Assembly (NCBI GenBank): GCA_963793425.1
Contig: CAWCAG010000007.1
Span: 256,001 to 320,000, forward strand
Direction: 5' to 3'
Length of the DNA stretch: 64,000 nt
Source: an uncultured cyanobacterium
GTDB lineage: Bacteria; Cyanobacteriota; Cyanobacteriia; Cyanobacteriales; CAWCAG01
The translations under genes and the position numbers were made by a program. The notes under the pieces were generated by a model that worked only from the letters and a program-made list of their open reading frames with translations, had not been told where the DNA came from and made no database searches. This document shows positions 31,901 to 40,165 of the stretch, piece by piece (positions within the stretch are counted from its first letter, which is position 1; the number at the start of each line of letters is the position of its first letter).

Positions 31901-32038
31901 ATGACTGTAAATTCTCAGCCAGTTAAACAGAGTAAGATTAAAATTGAAGTTAAGAATCTTGCTCCGGAAGCTAAGACAAACAATACTGTCAAAGGTTATC
32001 AAGGTGGTGCTTTTGACGGAGATGATGGCTCTGATTAG
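31901..32038 (+). CDS. 45-aa putative RiPP precursor peptide (Gly-Gly site, Asp-rich core)
   Basis: RBS GAGGTG at 31891; MTVNSQPVKQSKIKIEVKNLAPEAKTNNTVKGYQGG-AFDGDDGSD; directly upstream of a JmjC oxygenase. Confidence 0.7.
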   Translation: MTVNSQPVKQSKIKIEVKNLAPEAKTNNTVKGYQGGAFDGDDGSD

Positions 32039-32084
32039 TTAAAAGATTTTTTTAAAATTGATTGAGATTAAAATGTCTCTTATC

Positions 32085-32115
32085 AGGAAGCGAAATCGTG
32101 AAAATTTTGCTTCCT
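32085..32115 (+). terminator. Stem-loop between peptide gene and oxygenase (attenuator / mRNA stabiliser)
   Basis: AGGAAGCGAAAT...ATTTTGCTTCCT followed by TTCTT. Confidence 0.6.
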
Positions 32116-32163
32116 TTCTTGGTATGAATAGAAGATGGATTGCAATTCAGCATCAGAAACTAG

Positions 32164-33342
32164 ATGGAAAATTCTCTCGTTACATCTGTGATCGCAGAAA
32201 TTTTATCTCCTTATGAATTAGCAGAGTTTTTTGAGGAATATTGGACACTGAAGAGTGTTTTCATTCCGAATAATGGTCGTCGCTTCAAGCAGATTTTTTC
32301 TTGGCAAAAACTCAATGATATACTCAACTTCCATGAGTTTGATTATCCTTCTCTACGTTTAGCAAAAGACGGGGAAGTTTTACCTCCCAAAGAAAATGCT
32401 CAATTCCTGAAACATTGTCAAGAAGGAGCAACTTTAGTAATTGATCGGCTACATAAATTAGTTCCTGAAGTAGCCCATTTCGCCGCAGCAATTAAGGAGG
32501 ATTTAGGCCATCCTTTGCAGGTTAATATGTATTGTTCTTGGCCACAAGTGCAAGGTTTCAAATGTCATTATGATACCCACGAAGTATTTATTCTCCAAGT
32601 AGATGGTTGCAAAGAATGGCATATTTTCGCTGATACAGTTAAGTACCCTGTAAAAGAAGAGAAATCATCTGCCCATCATCCCCCCGACAGCGAACCTGTT
32701 TTAAGCTGTATCTTAGAACCGGGAGATGTTCTTTATATTCCCAGAGGGCATTGGCATTATGCCAAAACAGTAGATAAACCATCTTTACATCTCACTTTAG
32801 GGATACATTGTTTAACCGGAATAGACTTTTTGCAGTGGTTAACACAACAGCTTCAAGAAGAACAAGAGTGGCGAATTAATTTACCTATACTTAATAACAG
32901 AAATACCACTTCTCTGGATAAACATTTAGAAGGCTTGACAGATAATCTAACTACTTATTTACAAACAGGTAAGCCGACTATTGAATATAGTGAATATCTC
33001 GCTAACTCAGAAAATCTTATTCCTAAATACGCTTTTCCTTATCAAGCTGGTTACCAAATTTTTGCTCAAGGTATTAATACTAAGTTTATACGACCAAAAT
33101 ATCAGCGATCGCAGATTGTTGAATTACCAGAACAGCAAGGTTATCAAATCATAGTTTGGCATAAAGAAATTACCTTGAAAGGTGTACCAAAATCTTTTGT
33201 TGAGCAACTATTTAAGCAAGAAAGTTTTACTGGTGCAGATGTCGCTAGTTGGTTGCCAGATGATTTTGATTGGGAATTAGATATTGCACCTACTTTGCGA
33301 CGTTTAGTTACAGAAGGAATTATTTTCGTAGCTAACACTTAA
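32164..33342 (+). CDS. JmjC/cupin_4 (ROX/YcfD-like) Fe(II)/2-oxoglutarate oxygenase with C-terminal winged-helix-like domain
   Basis: FFEEYW N-terminus, HxD in CHYDTHEVFILQVDGCKEW, distal His in LEPGDVLYIPRGHWH, SLHLTLG. Confidence 0.9.
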   Translation: MENSLVTSVIAEILSPYELAEFFEEYWTLKSVFIPNNGRRFKQIFSWQKLNDILNFHEFDYPSLRLAKDGEVLPPKENAQFLKHCQEGATLVIDRLHKLVPEVAHFAAAIKEDLGHPLQVNMYCSWPQVQGFKCHYDTHEVFILQVDGCKEWHIFADTVKYPVKEEKSSAHHPPDSEPVLSCILEPGDVLYIPRGHWHYAKTVDKPSLHLTLGIHCLTGIDFLQWLTQQLQEEQEWRINLPILNNRNTTSLDKHLEGLTDNLTTYLQTGKPTIEYSEYLANSENLIPKYAFPYQAGYQIFAQGINTKFIRPKYQRSQIVELPEQQGYQIIVWHKEITLKGVPKSFVEQLFKQESFTGADVASWLPDDFDWELDIAPTLRRLVTEGIIFVANT

Positions 33343-33405
33343 ATGAAATGAACAGTGATCAATAAATATACTCAAAAAACAAGGTCGATAATTTCCCTGA
33401 AGCTA

Positions 33406-33429
33406 ATTGCCAAATAATTGCATTAAGAT
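33406..33429 (+). promoter_or_regulatory. Fur-box-like 19-mer and -10-like hexamer upstream of the ferredoxin-like gene
   Basis: ATTGCCAAATAATTGCATT (33406-33424) overlapping TAAGAT. Confidence 0.35.
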
Positions 33430-33493
33430 TGAAGTTAAGATTTACTTAACAGTCCTTGTTCAACCTCAAACGAAAAATCAAACCTCAATAATC

Positions 33494-34501
33494 ATGACTC
33501 CTTTTTTCTGTGCCAACCTATCTCGCCAACGAGGAGAAGACATCATCGGCAGCGCTCCTGCTTACCAAACTTACATAATGGTAGAATGCCCCTATCCTTG
33601 GACAGGAAATGCCTTTGAATCTCCAGGAGTTCCCGACAATTTAAGGGCATTGGTAGCAGAAGTTAAGAAAGCCAAGTTACCTATTCGCTTTCTTTTAACC
33701 TTACCCCCTCAACCAGATCCAGAAAATCTGACGCAGGTATTAATTTTCCAAAGACAACCAGGACTAGCCCCAGGTTATAGAAAACAAGAAATCAGGGTCA
33801 GGAACATCAGTGAGGTTGCACCCCTCTTAAACAAATACTTAACACCAGCAGGAAGGCAAATTGAAGGGGAAGTAAGCAAAACCAGAGACTTTTTCGTTTG
33901 CACCCACGGCAGCCATGACAAATGCTGTTCTCGTTATGGTTATCCTTTCTTCCGCCAAGGTGTAGCTATGGCGGAGAAGTTAGGTTTGAAAGATGTACGC
34001 TTTTGGCAAGTAAGTCATATTGGGGGGCATCGCTTTGCCCCTACCTTAATCAGCCTTCCTGATGGTAGATATTATGGCGCTTTAGACGAAGAATCTTTAC
34101 AAGCAATCCTTTTGCATCAGGGAGATATTACTTGCTTAAGCCGAGTTTATCGAGGTTGGGGGCTTTTACCTAGAAAAGTCCAAGTTTTAGAAAGAGAATT
34201 AATTTTACGTCACGGTTGGCAATGGTTGCCTCATGCCGTTAGCTGCCGCATCCTCAAAGAGTTCCCCGAACAGAATTTAACCCAAGTAGAATTGTTGTAC
34301 CAAACTAGCAACGGAGAGACTTTCGTTTATCGAGGAGATATTACCGAAGATGAAAGTAAAACTCTGACTATGCAGGGTTCTTGTCAGGGAGACAAAGCAT
34401 CAACTTTTATTAAATATACTGCTATCAATATTCGTCAGCTACCAAAAGTAAAATCTCTAAATCATCTTCCCTCTCTAACCAGAATTGAGAAATCAGCTTA
34501 G
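33494..34501 (+). CDS. Sucrase/ferredoxin-like (Apd1/Aim32-type thioredoxin-like [2Fe-2S]) protein
   Basis: VCTHGSHDKCC and SHIGGHRFAPT motifs; ATG 33494 (alternative TTG 33407). Confidence 0.88.
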   Translation: MTPFFCANLSRQRGEDIIGSAPAYQTYIMVECPYPWTGNAFESPGVPDNLRALVAEVKKAKLPIRFLLTLPPQPDPENLTQVLIFQRQPGLAPGYRKQEIRVRNISEVAPLLNKYLTPAGRQIEGEVSKTRDFFVCTHGSHDKCCSRYGYPFFRQGVAMAEKLGLKDVRFWQVSHIGGHRFAPTLISLPDGRYYGALDEESLQAILLHQGDITCLSRVYRGWGLLPRKVQVLERELILRHGWQWLPHAVSCRILKEFPEQNLTQVELLYQTSNGETFVYRGDITEDESKTLTMQGSCQGDKASTFIKYTAINIRQLPKVKSLNHLPSLTRIEKSA

Positions 34502-34624
34502 CTTAACCAATTTAGCTTCTTCAACAAATCTACAAAAGTTCTTAAACCCTGCTCCCTACTCCCCACTCCCCACTCCCTACCCTAACAGATAAGTCATGCA
34601 ACTCAGCACCAATTTAGCACAAAT

Positions 34625-35683
34625 CTACCGACGATTAAATTTCGACCGAATACCCAACAAACCGAAAAACATTAGTAAACCAAAGGTATGAGATGATTCA
34701 GGTACTGATTTTGTCTGCTGAGTTGCAATAAATCTCGCCATGTCTTCACCAATAATCTCATGAACACGACGGGTTGGGTGATATTCATCCCAGAAGTAGT
34801 ACTCATCGGGTTCTGAACAAACTGGTTCAACAGGAAAAACAGCCTGGCAAGGATCATCTATGTTGCTTAAACCATAATTTTGGGGATTGGCGCGGATTTC
34901 GTCACTAATAGCAACATGATCGTATAAAGCAATTTCAACATCTAACTGCTGAGTAATTTTTTCTAATTCTCCAAGAAGAAGATTGTTAACCAAGTCTGTA
35001 AACAAAGCGGCTTGATCAACTTGCCCAAACTCAATCACACCAGGAAGAATATCAAGATCGGAAGAATTGACAACAAGAAACTGCTTTGCACCCAATGCTG
35101 CTAAATCAGACACACCTTCTATAATATTATCTACGGTTTGGGCTGCTAGTTCTTCAATTGTTCCAGGTAAGCCGAAGTCTGCATACTCAAATGCGTCATT
35201 TGCTGAGGCGAAAATAAAGTACAAAGCATTTGGATCAGCAGCTTGCCCAGAAATTTCTGTGGTGAATTGGTCAATTTGACCAAATACTCCGGTATCTTGG
35301 AAAGAATCTAGCCAGTTGTAGTAGTTTCCATTGCCGCTTTTCGCACCCCCAACTGCGTAATTAGTCAAATCAACCTGAAGGTTTTGAGACAGTACCTCAA
35401 CCGCTGTTATTCCATTTGTCCAACGTCCTTCGGCATCATAAAGCCCAAAAGCTGGATCGGCGGGTAAAATAAACGAACCAGGTACACCTGCATTCACAGC
35501 TTGAGTTGAGATTTCAAAAGCTGTACCATCTTCTGAATAGCTGTCTCCGTAGGCATAAACTTGAGAAATTGAGCCAAAGGAAGCAGCATAAGCGTGGGGA
35601 GTTTGTATAGCAATACTACTAAGGGAAAGAGCTACACTAGCAAGGGTAAATGTAGGTACACTAAAATAAATTTCTTTAAGCAT
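34625..35683 (-). CDS. Secreted SGNH/GDSL hydrolase with PEP-CTERM-like anchor
   Basis: YGDSYSE, GRWTNG, NYAVGGA, AND, FWDEYHPT; C-terminal VPESS + TM helix + basic tail. Confidence 0.9.
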   Translation of the reverse strand: MLKEIYFSVPTFTLASVALSLSSIAIQTPHAYAASFGSISQVYAYGDSYSEDGTAFEISTQAVNAGVPGSFILPADPAFGLYDAEGRWTNGITAVEVLSQNLQVDLTNYAVGGAKSGNGNYYNWLDSFQDTGVFGQIDQFTTEISGQAADPNALYFIFASANDAFEYADFGLPGTIEELAAQTVDNIIEGVSDLAALGAKQFLVVNSSDLDILPGVIEFGQVDQAALFTDLVNNLLLGELEKITQQLDVEIALYDHVAISDEIRANPQNYGLSNIDDPCQAVFPVEPVCSEPDEYYFWDEYHPTRRVHEIIGEDMARFIATQQTKSVPESSHTFGLLMFFGLLGIRSKFNRR

Positions 35684-35779
35684 AATAAATCACGGGGTTA
35701 AAGTGTGAATTAGCTTACCATGCTTTATAGAGTTCAATAACTATTGACACTCCCCAGCCCAAAAGTAGGACTGTTTCAT

Positions 35780-35978
35780 TAAAGTAATTCATGCTTAATT
35801 TGATAAACAGTTTTACCTCTACCATAGGCAATCTGCTTGAGTCTAAGCAAAGCTAAAACAGCACAATTTATGTGATTTCTTTGAATCCTATGCTTGGCGA
35901 CATTGACAAAAATTAATCCTTGTTAATTGCTTTGCAACTCTTGTGGAACGCCTCAATCTTCCAACGGATGTCACACTC
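35780..35978 (-). mobile_element. IS701-family transposase C-terminal remnant, frameshifted
   Basis: Three consecutive frames give ECDIRWKIEAFH / KQLTRINFCQCRQA / RIQRNHINCAVLALLRLKQIAYGRGKTVYQIKHELL. Confidence 0.72.
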
Positions 35979-36224
35979 AAAAAGTCAAGAAACTAGGGGT
36001 TAGCTTTTCAGAGCTTAAATAACGATTAATCAAGTCATGACTTACTTGTTTAATATGATTAGCTAGATTCGTGATTATGTGGTTTTTCTAGCTTGCCAAT
36101 ACCTATTGGTAATATTCTAGTTGGCTATACTTTTATCTTACTACTTAATATAACATGGGAGGAAAGGCTCTGAATTTGGGATATTTTAGGTAGGATCAAT
36201 GATTAATGGGAAAGGATCTAGGAT

Positions 36225-37355
36225 ATGAATTATTGGTTAAGGGGGGTTGGGAGTAATTTTAATCTACCTAATACTCTTCAGGTAAGTACAGCTTTATTAT
36301 TAGCTACTATTACATTTCTTACTTTACTACTTATTATTGGTCTCTCTTATCTCCAGCTTCCTAGATTTGTTAAAGTTGTAGCGAAAAGCTTAACTTCAAA
36401 TGAAGAGCAAGATATTTATAAAAACATTATTCTTCCTTACCAAAACTGGTTGACTTGGGCAATTATTTTGACTATTGTTGATGTCATTCTTCTTTCTCTT
36501 CCTATACCAGAATCTTTAAAGATTTTAGAATTTCTTTTAGGATTAGTAGCGACTTTAAACATCAGCTTATTAGGCTTTAAGCTACTTGGAGAATTATTTG
36601 ATCATTATCTATTAGAAGCAGCCTTAGAAAACCAGCGCAAAATTAATAGTGAGTTAATTGTCCTAGCTAAATTTATTTCTAACGCAGTAGTAGCTTTAAT
36701 TTTAATCTTTTTATTTGCTCAAGTACATCAAATTAATTTATTTGGCTTAATTGCTAGTTTGGGTGTAGGGGGTGTAGCGATCGCCTTTGCTTCTCAAAAA
36801 GTCTTAGAGCAAATTTTATGGAGTATAGTTCTCTATATTGACCGCCCTTTTACCATTGATGATTATATTCATTTACCTGATTCTACCCTAGGCCGCGTAG
36901 AATCTATTGGTTGGCGTTCTACGAAAATTCGTCTTTCTGGAAAGAATACTTTAGTTATTGTTCCTAACAGTCAACTTGCTCAAAGTAGTATTGAGAATAT
37001 GAGTAGGGCGAGGAGAATTATTTCGATCGCTAACTTAACTTTATTTAGGGCTATGTCCCCAGAAGAGAAAGCCCTAATTCATCAACTTATTATTGATAGT
37101 ACTACAGATATTTTAGGTATTGATCATCGCCTCACTCAAGTTTCTTTTCAAGATGCTAAAGATGCAGCAGACCAAGATTATGTTCAAGCGCAACTAATAT
37201 TCTATATACTCGGAGCCACAGAGAATTCAATGGATTTAAGAAAAGATTTATTGGAGATTGCCAGGGAAAATATTATCGAGCAATTACAAGATCATGACAT
37301 TGAATTTATCCTGGAAGAAAATACCCTCGATATAGCTCAACCAATGAATATTTGA
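36225..37355 (+). CDS. MscS-family mechanosensitive channel protein
   Basis: SLGVGGVAIAFASQ, DRPFTIDDYI, GRVESIGWRSTKIR, VPNS. Confidence 0.9.
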   Translation: MNYWLRGVGSNFNLPNTLQVSTALLLATITFLTLLLIIGLSYLQLPRFVKVVAKSLTSNEEQDIYKNIILPYQNWLTWAIILTIVDVILLSLPIPESLKILEFLLGLVATLNISLLGFKLLGELFDHYLLEAALENQRKINSELIVLAKFISNAVVALILIFLFAQVHQINLFGLIASLGVGGVAIAFASQKVLEQILWSIVLYIDRPFTIDDYIHLPDSTLGRVESIGWRSTKIRLSGKNTLVIVPNSQLAQSSIENMSRARRIISIANLTLFRAMSPEEKALIHQLIIDSTTDILGIDHRLTQVSFQDAKDAADQDYVQAQLIFYILGATENSMDLRKDLLEIARENIIEQLQDHDIEFILEENTLDIAQPMNI

Positions 37356-38506
37356 TGGGAATAATTATGCCGAGTTTTAGTTTGGAATCATTACAACTAA
37401 ATGAAGAAATTCAAAATTTTCTTCTTGAGTTAGTTGGTAGAATGGCTTTATTTGTCCTTAGTGCTATATTAGCTCCTCTATTCGGCAGAATGTTACCTTT
37501 CCTATTCTGGTGGACGCTCCAATTCACTCAGAAATTTTTACCTTTAGATGTGACTAATGTTTATAGCGAATTTATTAAACCCGTAAGAAATTCTCTTATA
37601 ACTGTAGGAACTTTTGTTTTTATTGCTATTTGTTTGAATATACTGGAAAAATATCAAGTACTTTACCAATTTTTAAGTTTTTTTATTTATTTGGCTTTAG
37701 CAATTAGCATTGCTTGGTTTACTTCAAGAATAACCCAAAGATTAATTCGTATTTATGTTGTTAATTTAGTACAGGGTTCTGGCGGAGAAGTCAATGAAGT
37801 TATCTTAGTTTTTGAAACCTTAACTAATGTCATCATTATTATGTTCGCGGTAGTAATCTTTGCTCAAGGATTACAACTAAATTTAGTAGCTATATCCGCT
37901 AGTGTTGGTATTGGTGGTGTTGCAGTTGCTTTTGCGGCTAGGCAAGCCCTAGAGCGCTTAGTTGGCACTTTAGAATTATTTCTTGATCGCCCCTATCAAC
38001 CAGGAGAATATATTCAGGTTAATTTTAATCCCTACGGCGAAGATGTTTATGGTCGTGTAGAATCAATTGGTTTACGTTCTACTAAAATTCGCACAGCAGC
38101 TAGAAATACTTTAATAATTGTTCCCAATTCGATTATGGCAGGGAAACATATTGAGAATATTAGTAGGGGAAAAAAGGTTATTGCTATGCTCTATTTCGAC
38201 TTTTCTCGAAAGTTAAATAAAAGTGAGCAGGCATTGGTGAAAAGGGTTGTGATTAAAAGTACGGATAACTTTTGGGGTATTGAGAAAGCGAATACAAGAA
38301 TTCGCTTTTCTGAGCTTCAAGAAAAAGAAGTAACTCAAGGGAGAATCAACTTTTTCCTGACAAGCTCTGGAGAAGACTCTCTAAGGTTACGCAAGCGCCT
38401 ATTAGAGTTGGCTAATCAAGAAATCTCTCGCCAGTTGTTAGATTATAATATAGATTTTTCTATGCCAGAACCAGTGGTTTATATAGATTCACCTATGACT
38501 ATTTAA
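37352..38506 (+). CDS. MscS-family mechanosensitive channel protein (second paralog, coupled)
   Basis: GIGGVAVAFAA, DRPYQPGEYI, GRVESIGLRSTKIR; start may be ATG 37355 or 37367. Confidence 0.9.
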   Translation: MMGIIMPSFSLESLQLNEEIQNFLLELVGRMALFVLSAILAPLFGRMLPFLFWWTLQFTQKFLPLDVTNVYSEFIKPVRNSLITVGTFVFIAICLNILEKYQVLYQFLSFFIYLALAISIAWFTSRITQRLIRIYVVNLVQGSGGEVNEVILVFETLTNVIIIMFAVVIFAQGLQLNLVAISASVGIGGVAVAFAARQALERLVGTLELFLDRPYQPGEYIQVNFNPYGEDVYGRVESIGLRSTKIRTAARNTLIIVPNSIMAGKHIENISRGKKVIAMLYFDFSRKLNKSEQALVKRVVIKSTDNFWGIEKANTRIRFSELQEKEVTQGRINFFLTSSGEDSLRLRKRLLELANQEISRQLLDYNIDFSMPEPVVYIDSPMTI

Positions 38507-38530
38507 TAGCTACGGGAGTTAGGGAGATTT

Positions 38531-38564
38531 TTACTTTAATATTTTCGCCCAAATATTAAAGTAA
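38531..38564. terminator. AT-rich 14-bp perfect hairpin after the mscS pair
   Basis: TTACTTTAATATTT-tcgccc-AAATATTAAAGTAA. Confidence 0.5.
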
Positions 38565-38646
38565 TTGTTTTGATAACTTAACTACGAGTTAGAGTTAAGT
38601 TATCAAGTATCGAAAGCCTCTGGAATTGAGAGCAAAAGGAGGGAAC

Positions 38647-40014
38647 ATGGGCATCGCAACGGTTAATCCGGCTACGGGAGAAACACTTAAGGAATTTACA
38701 GCTTTAACGAAAGAAGAAATTGAACAGAAATTAGCTTTCGCCCAAGAAACCTTCCTCAAGTATCGCCAAACCACCATGAGTCAGCGGGGGGAATGGTTAA
38801 ATAAGGCAGCGGATATTTTGGAAAACCGCAGTGCTGAGTTTGCCCAAATTATGACCATGGAAATGGGCAAAACCCTGAAAAGCGCTACCGCAGAAGCGAA
38901 AAAATGTGCTTTAGTTTGTCGCTACTATAGTGAAAAAGCAGAGGAGTTTCTTGCCGATGAACCTGCGGCTACCGATGCAAGCCGTAGTTTTGTACGCTAT
39001 CAACCCTTGGGGGCAATCCTGGCGGTGATGCCTTGGAATTTTCCTTTCTGGCAGGTATTTCGCTTTGCTGCCCCAGCTTTAATGGCGGGGAATGTAGGTT
39101 TACTCAAACACGCTTCTAATGTCCCTCAGTGCGCCTTAGCCATCGAAGCAATCATTACTGAAGCCGGTTTTCCGCCGGGAGTCTTCCAAACTCTTTTAGT
39201 CGGTGCAAAGCAAGTTGAAGCAATTATTAGTGATGAGAGAGTTAAGGCTGCCACCTTAACTGGAAGCGAAGCTGCTGGGGCTAGCTTAGCAGCGGCGGCG
39301 GGGAAACATATTAAGAAAACGGTTTTAGAATTAGGAGGAAGTGATCCTTTTATCGTCCTTGAAAGTGCTGATCTTGAAGCAGCAGTAGAAACTGCCGTAA
39401 CAGCCAGGATGTTAAATAATGGTCAATCTTGCATCGCTGCTAAACGCTTTATCCTTCATGAAGCGATCGCAGCGGAATTTGAAGAAAAACTATTAGCTAA
39501 GTTTAAGGATTTGCAAGTGGGTGATCCGATACAAGAAAACACGGATATTGGCCCCTTAGCCACTCCCAGTATTTTGACAGAATTAGACCAGCAAGTACAA
39601 GCCTGTGCTAATCAAGGAGCAAAAATTCTCATTGGTGGCAAGCCCATCAAAGATCGCCCAGGTAACTTCTATCCCCCCACCCTCATTACTGCTATTCCCC
39701 CCGGTACTCCTGCCGATACCGAAGAGTTTTTTGGCCCTGTCGCTTTACTGTTTCAGGTTAAAAATATTGACTCTGCCATTGAATTAGCAAATTCTACTTC
39801 TTTAGGTTTGGGGGCTAGTGCTTGGACTAATAATAAGGCAGATTGCGATCGCTTGATTAATGAACTCGAAGCCGGGGCAGTTTTTATCAACGGCTTAGTA
39901 AAATCAGATCCCCGCCTCCCCTTCGGAGGTATTAAACGTTCTGGTTATGGTCGAGAATTGAGTGTTGAAGGTATTCGCGAATTTGTCAACATCAAAACAG
40001 TTTGGGTTAAATAA
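38647..40014 (+). CDS. gabD: Succinic semialdehyde dehydrogenase
   Basis: MPWNFPFWQ, KHASNVP, TGSE, ELGGSDP, GQSCIA, EEFFGP; strong RBS before ATG 38647. Confidence 0.9.
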   Translation: MGIATVNPATGETLKEFTALTKEEIEQKLAFAQETFLKYRQTTMSQRGEWLNKAADILENRSAEFAQIMTMEMGKTLKSATAEAKKCALVCRYYSEKAEEFLADEPAATDASRSFVRYQPLGAILAVMPWNFPFWQVFRFAAPALMAGNVGLLKHASNVPQCALAIEAIITEAGFPPGVFQTLLVGAKQVEAIISDERVKAATLTGSEAAGASLAAAAGKHIKKTVLELGGSDPFIVLESADLEAAVETAVTARMLNNGQSCIAAKRFILHEAIAAEFEEKLLAKFKDLQVGDPIQENTDIGPLATPSILTELDQQVQACANQGAKILIGGKPIKDRPGNFYPPTLITAIPPGTPADTEEFFGPVALLFQVKNIDSAIELANSTSLGLGASAWTNNKADCDRLINELEAGAVFINGLVKSDPRLPFGGIKRSGYGRELSVEGIREFVNIKTVWVK

Positions 40015-40165
40015 TAAAGCTCAAAATGTATAACTTATGTTAAAAAGGGTAAATTAACATTACCGTTGAAATTTTCCTTTGCTGCGAAGTTGGGGAATTT
40101 GCAGCAATACCAAGCCCGATTCGATAAAAATACCATTTAAACATTAAGTCTTAGGGGAGAAAATC

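Noticed and set aside
40028..40063. NtcA site upstream of the decarboxylase gene
   Set aside because: Spacing is GTA-N9-TAC rather than GTA-N8-TAC.
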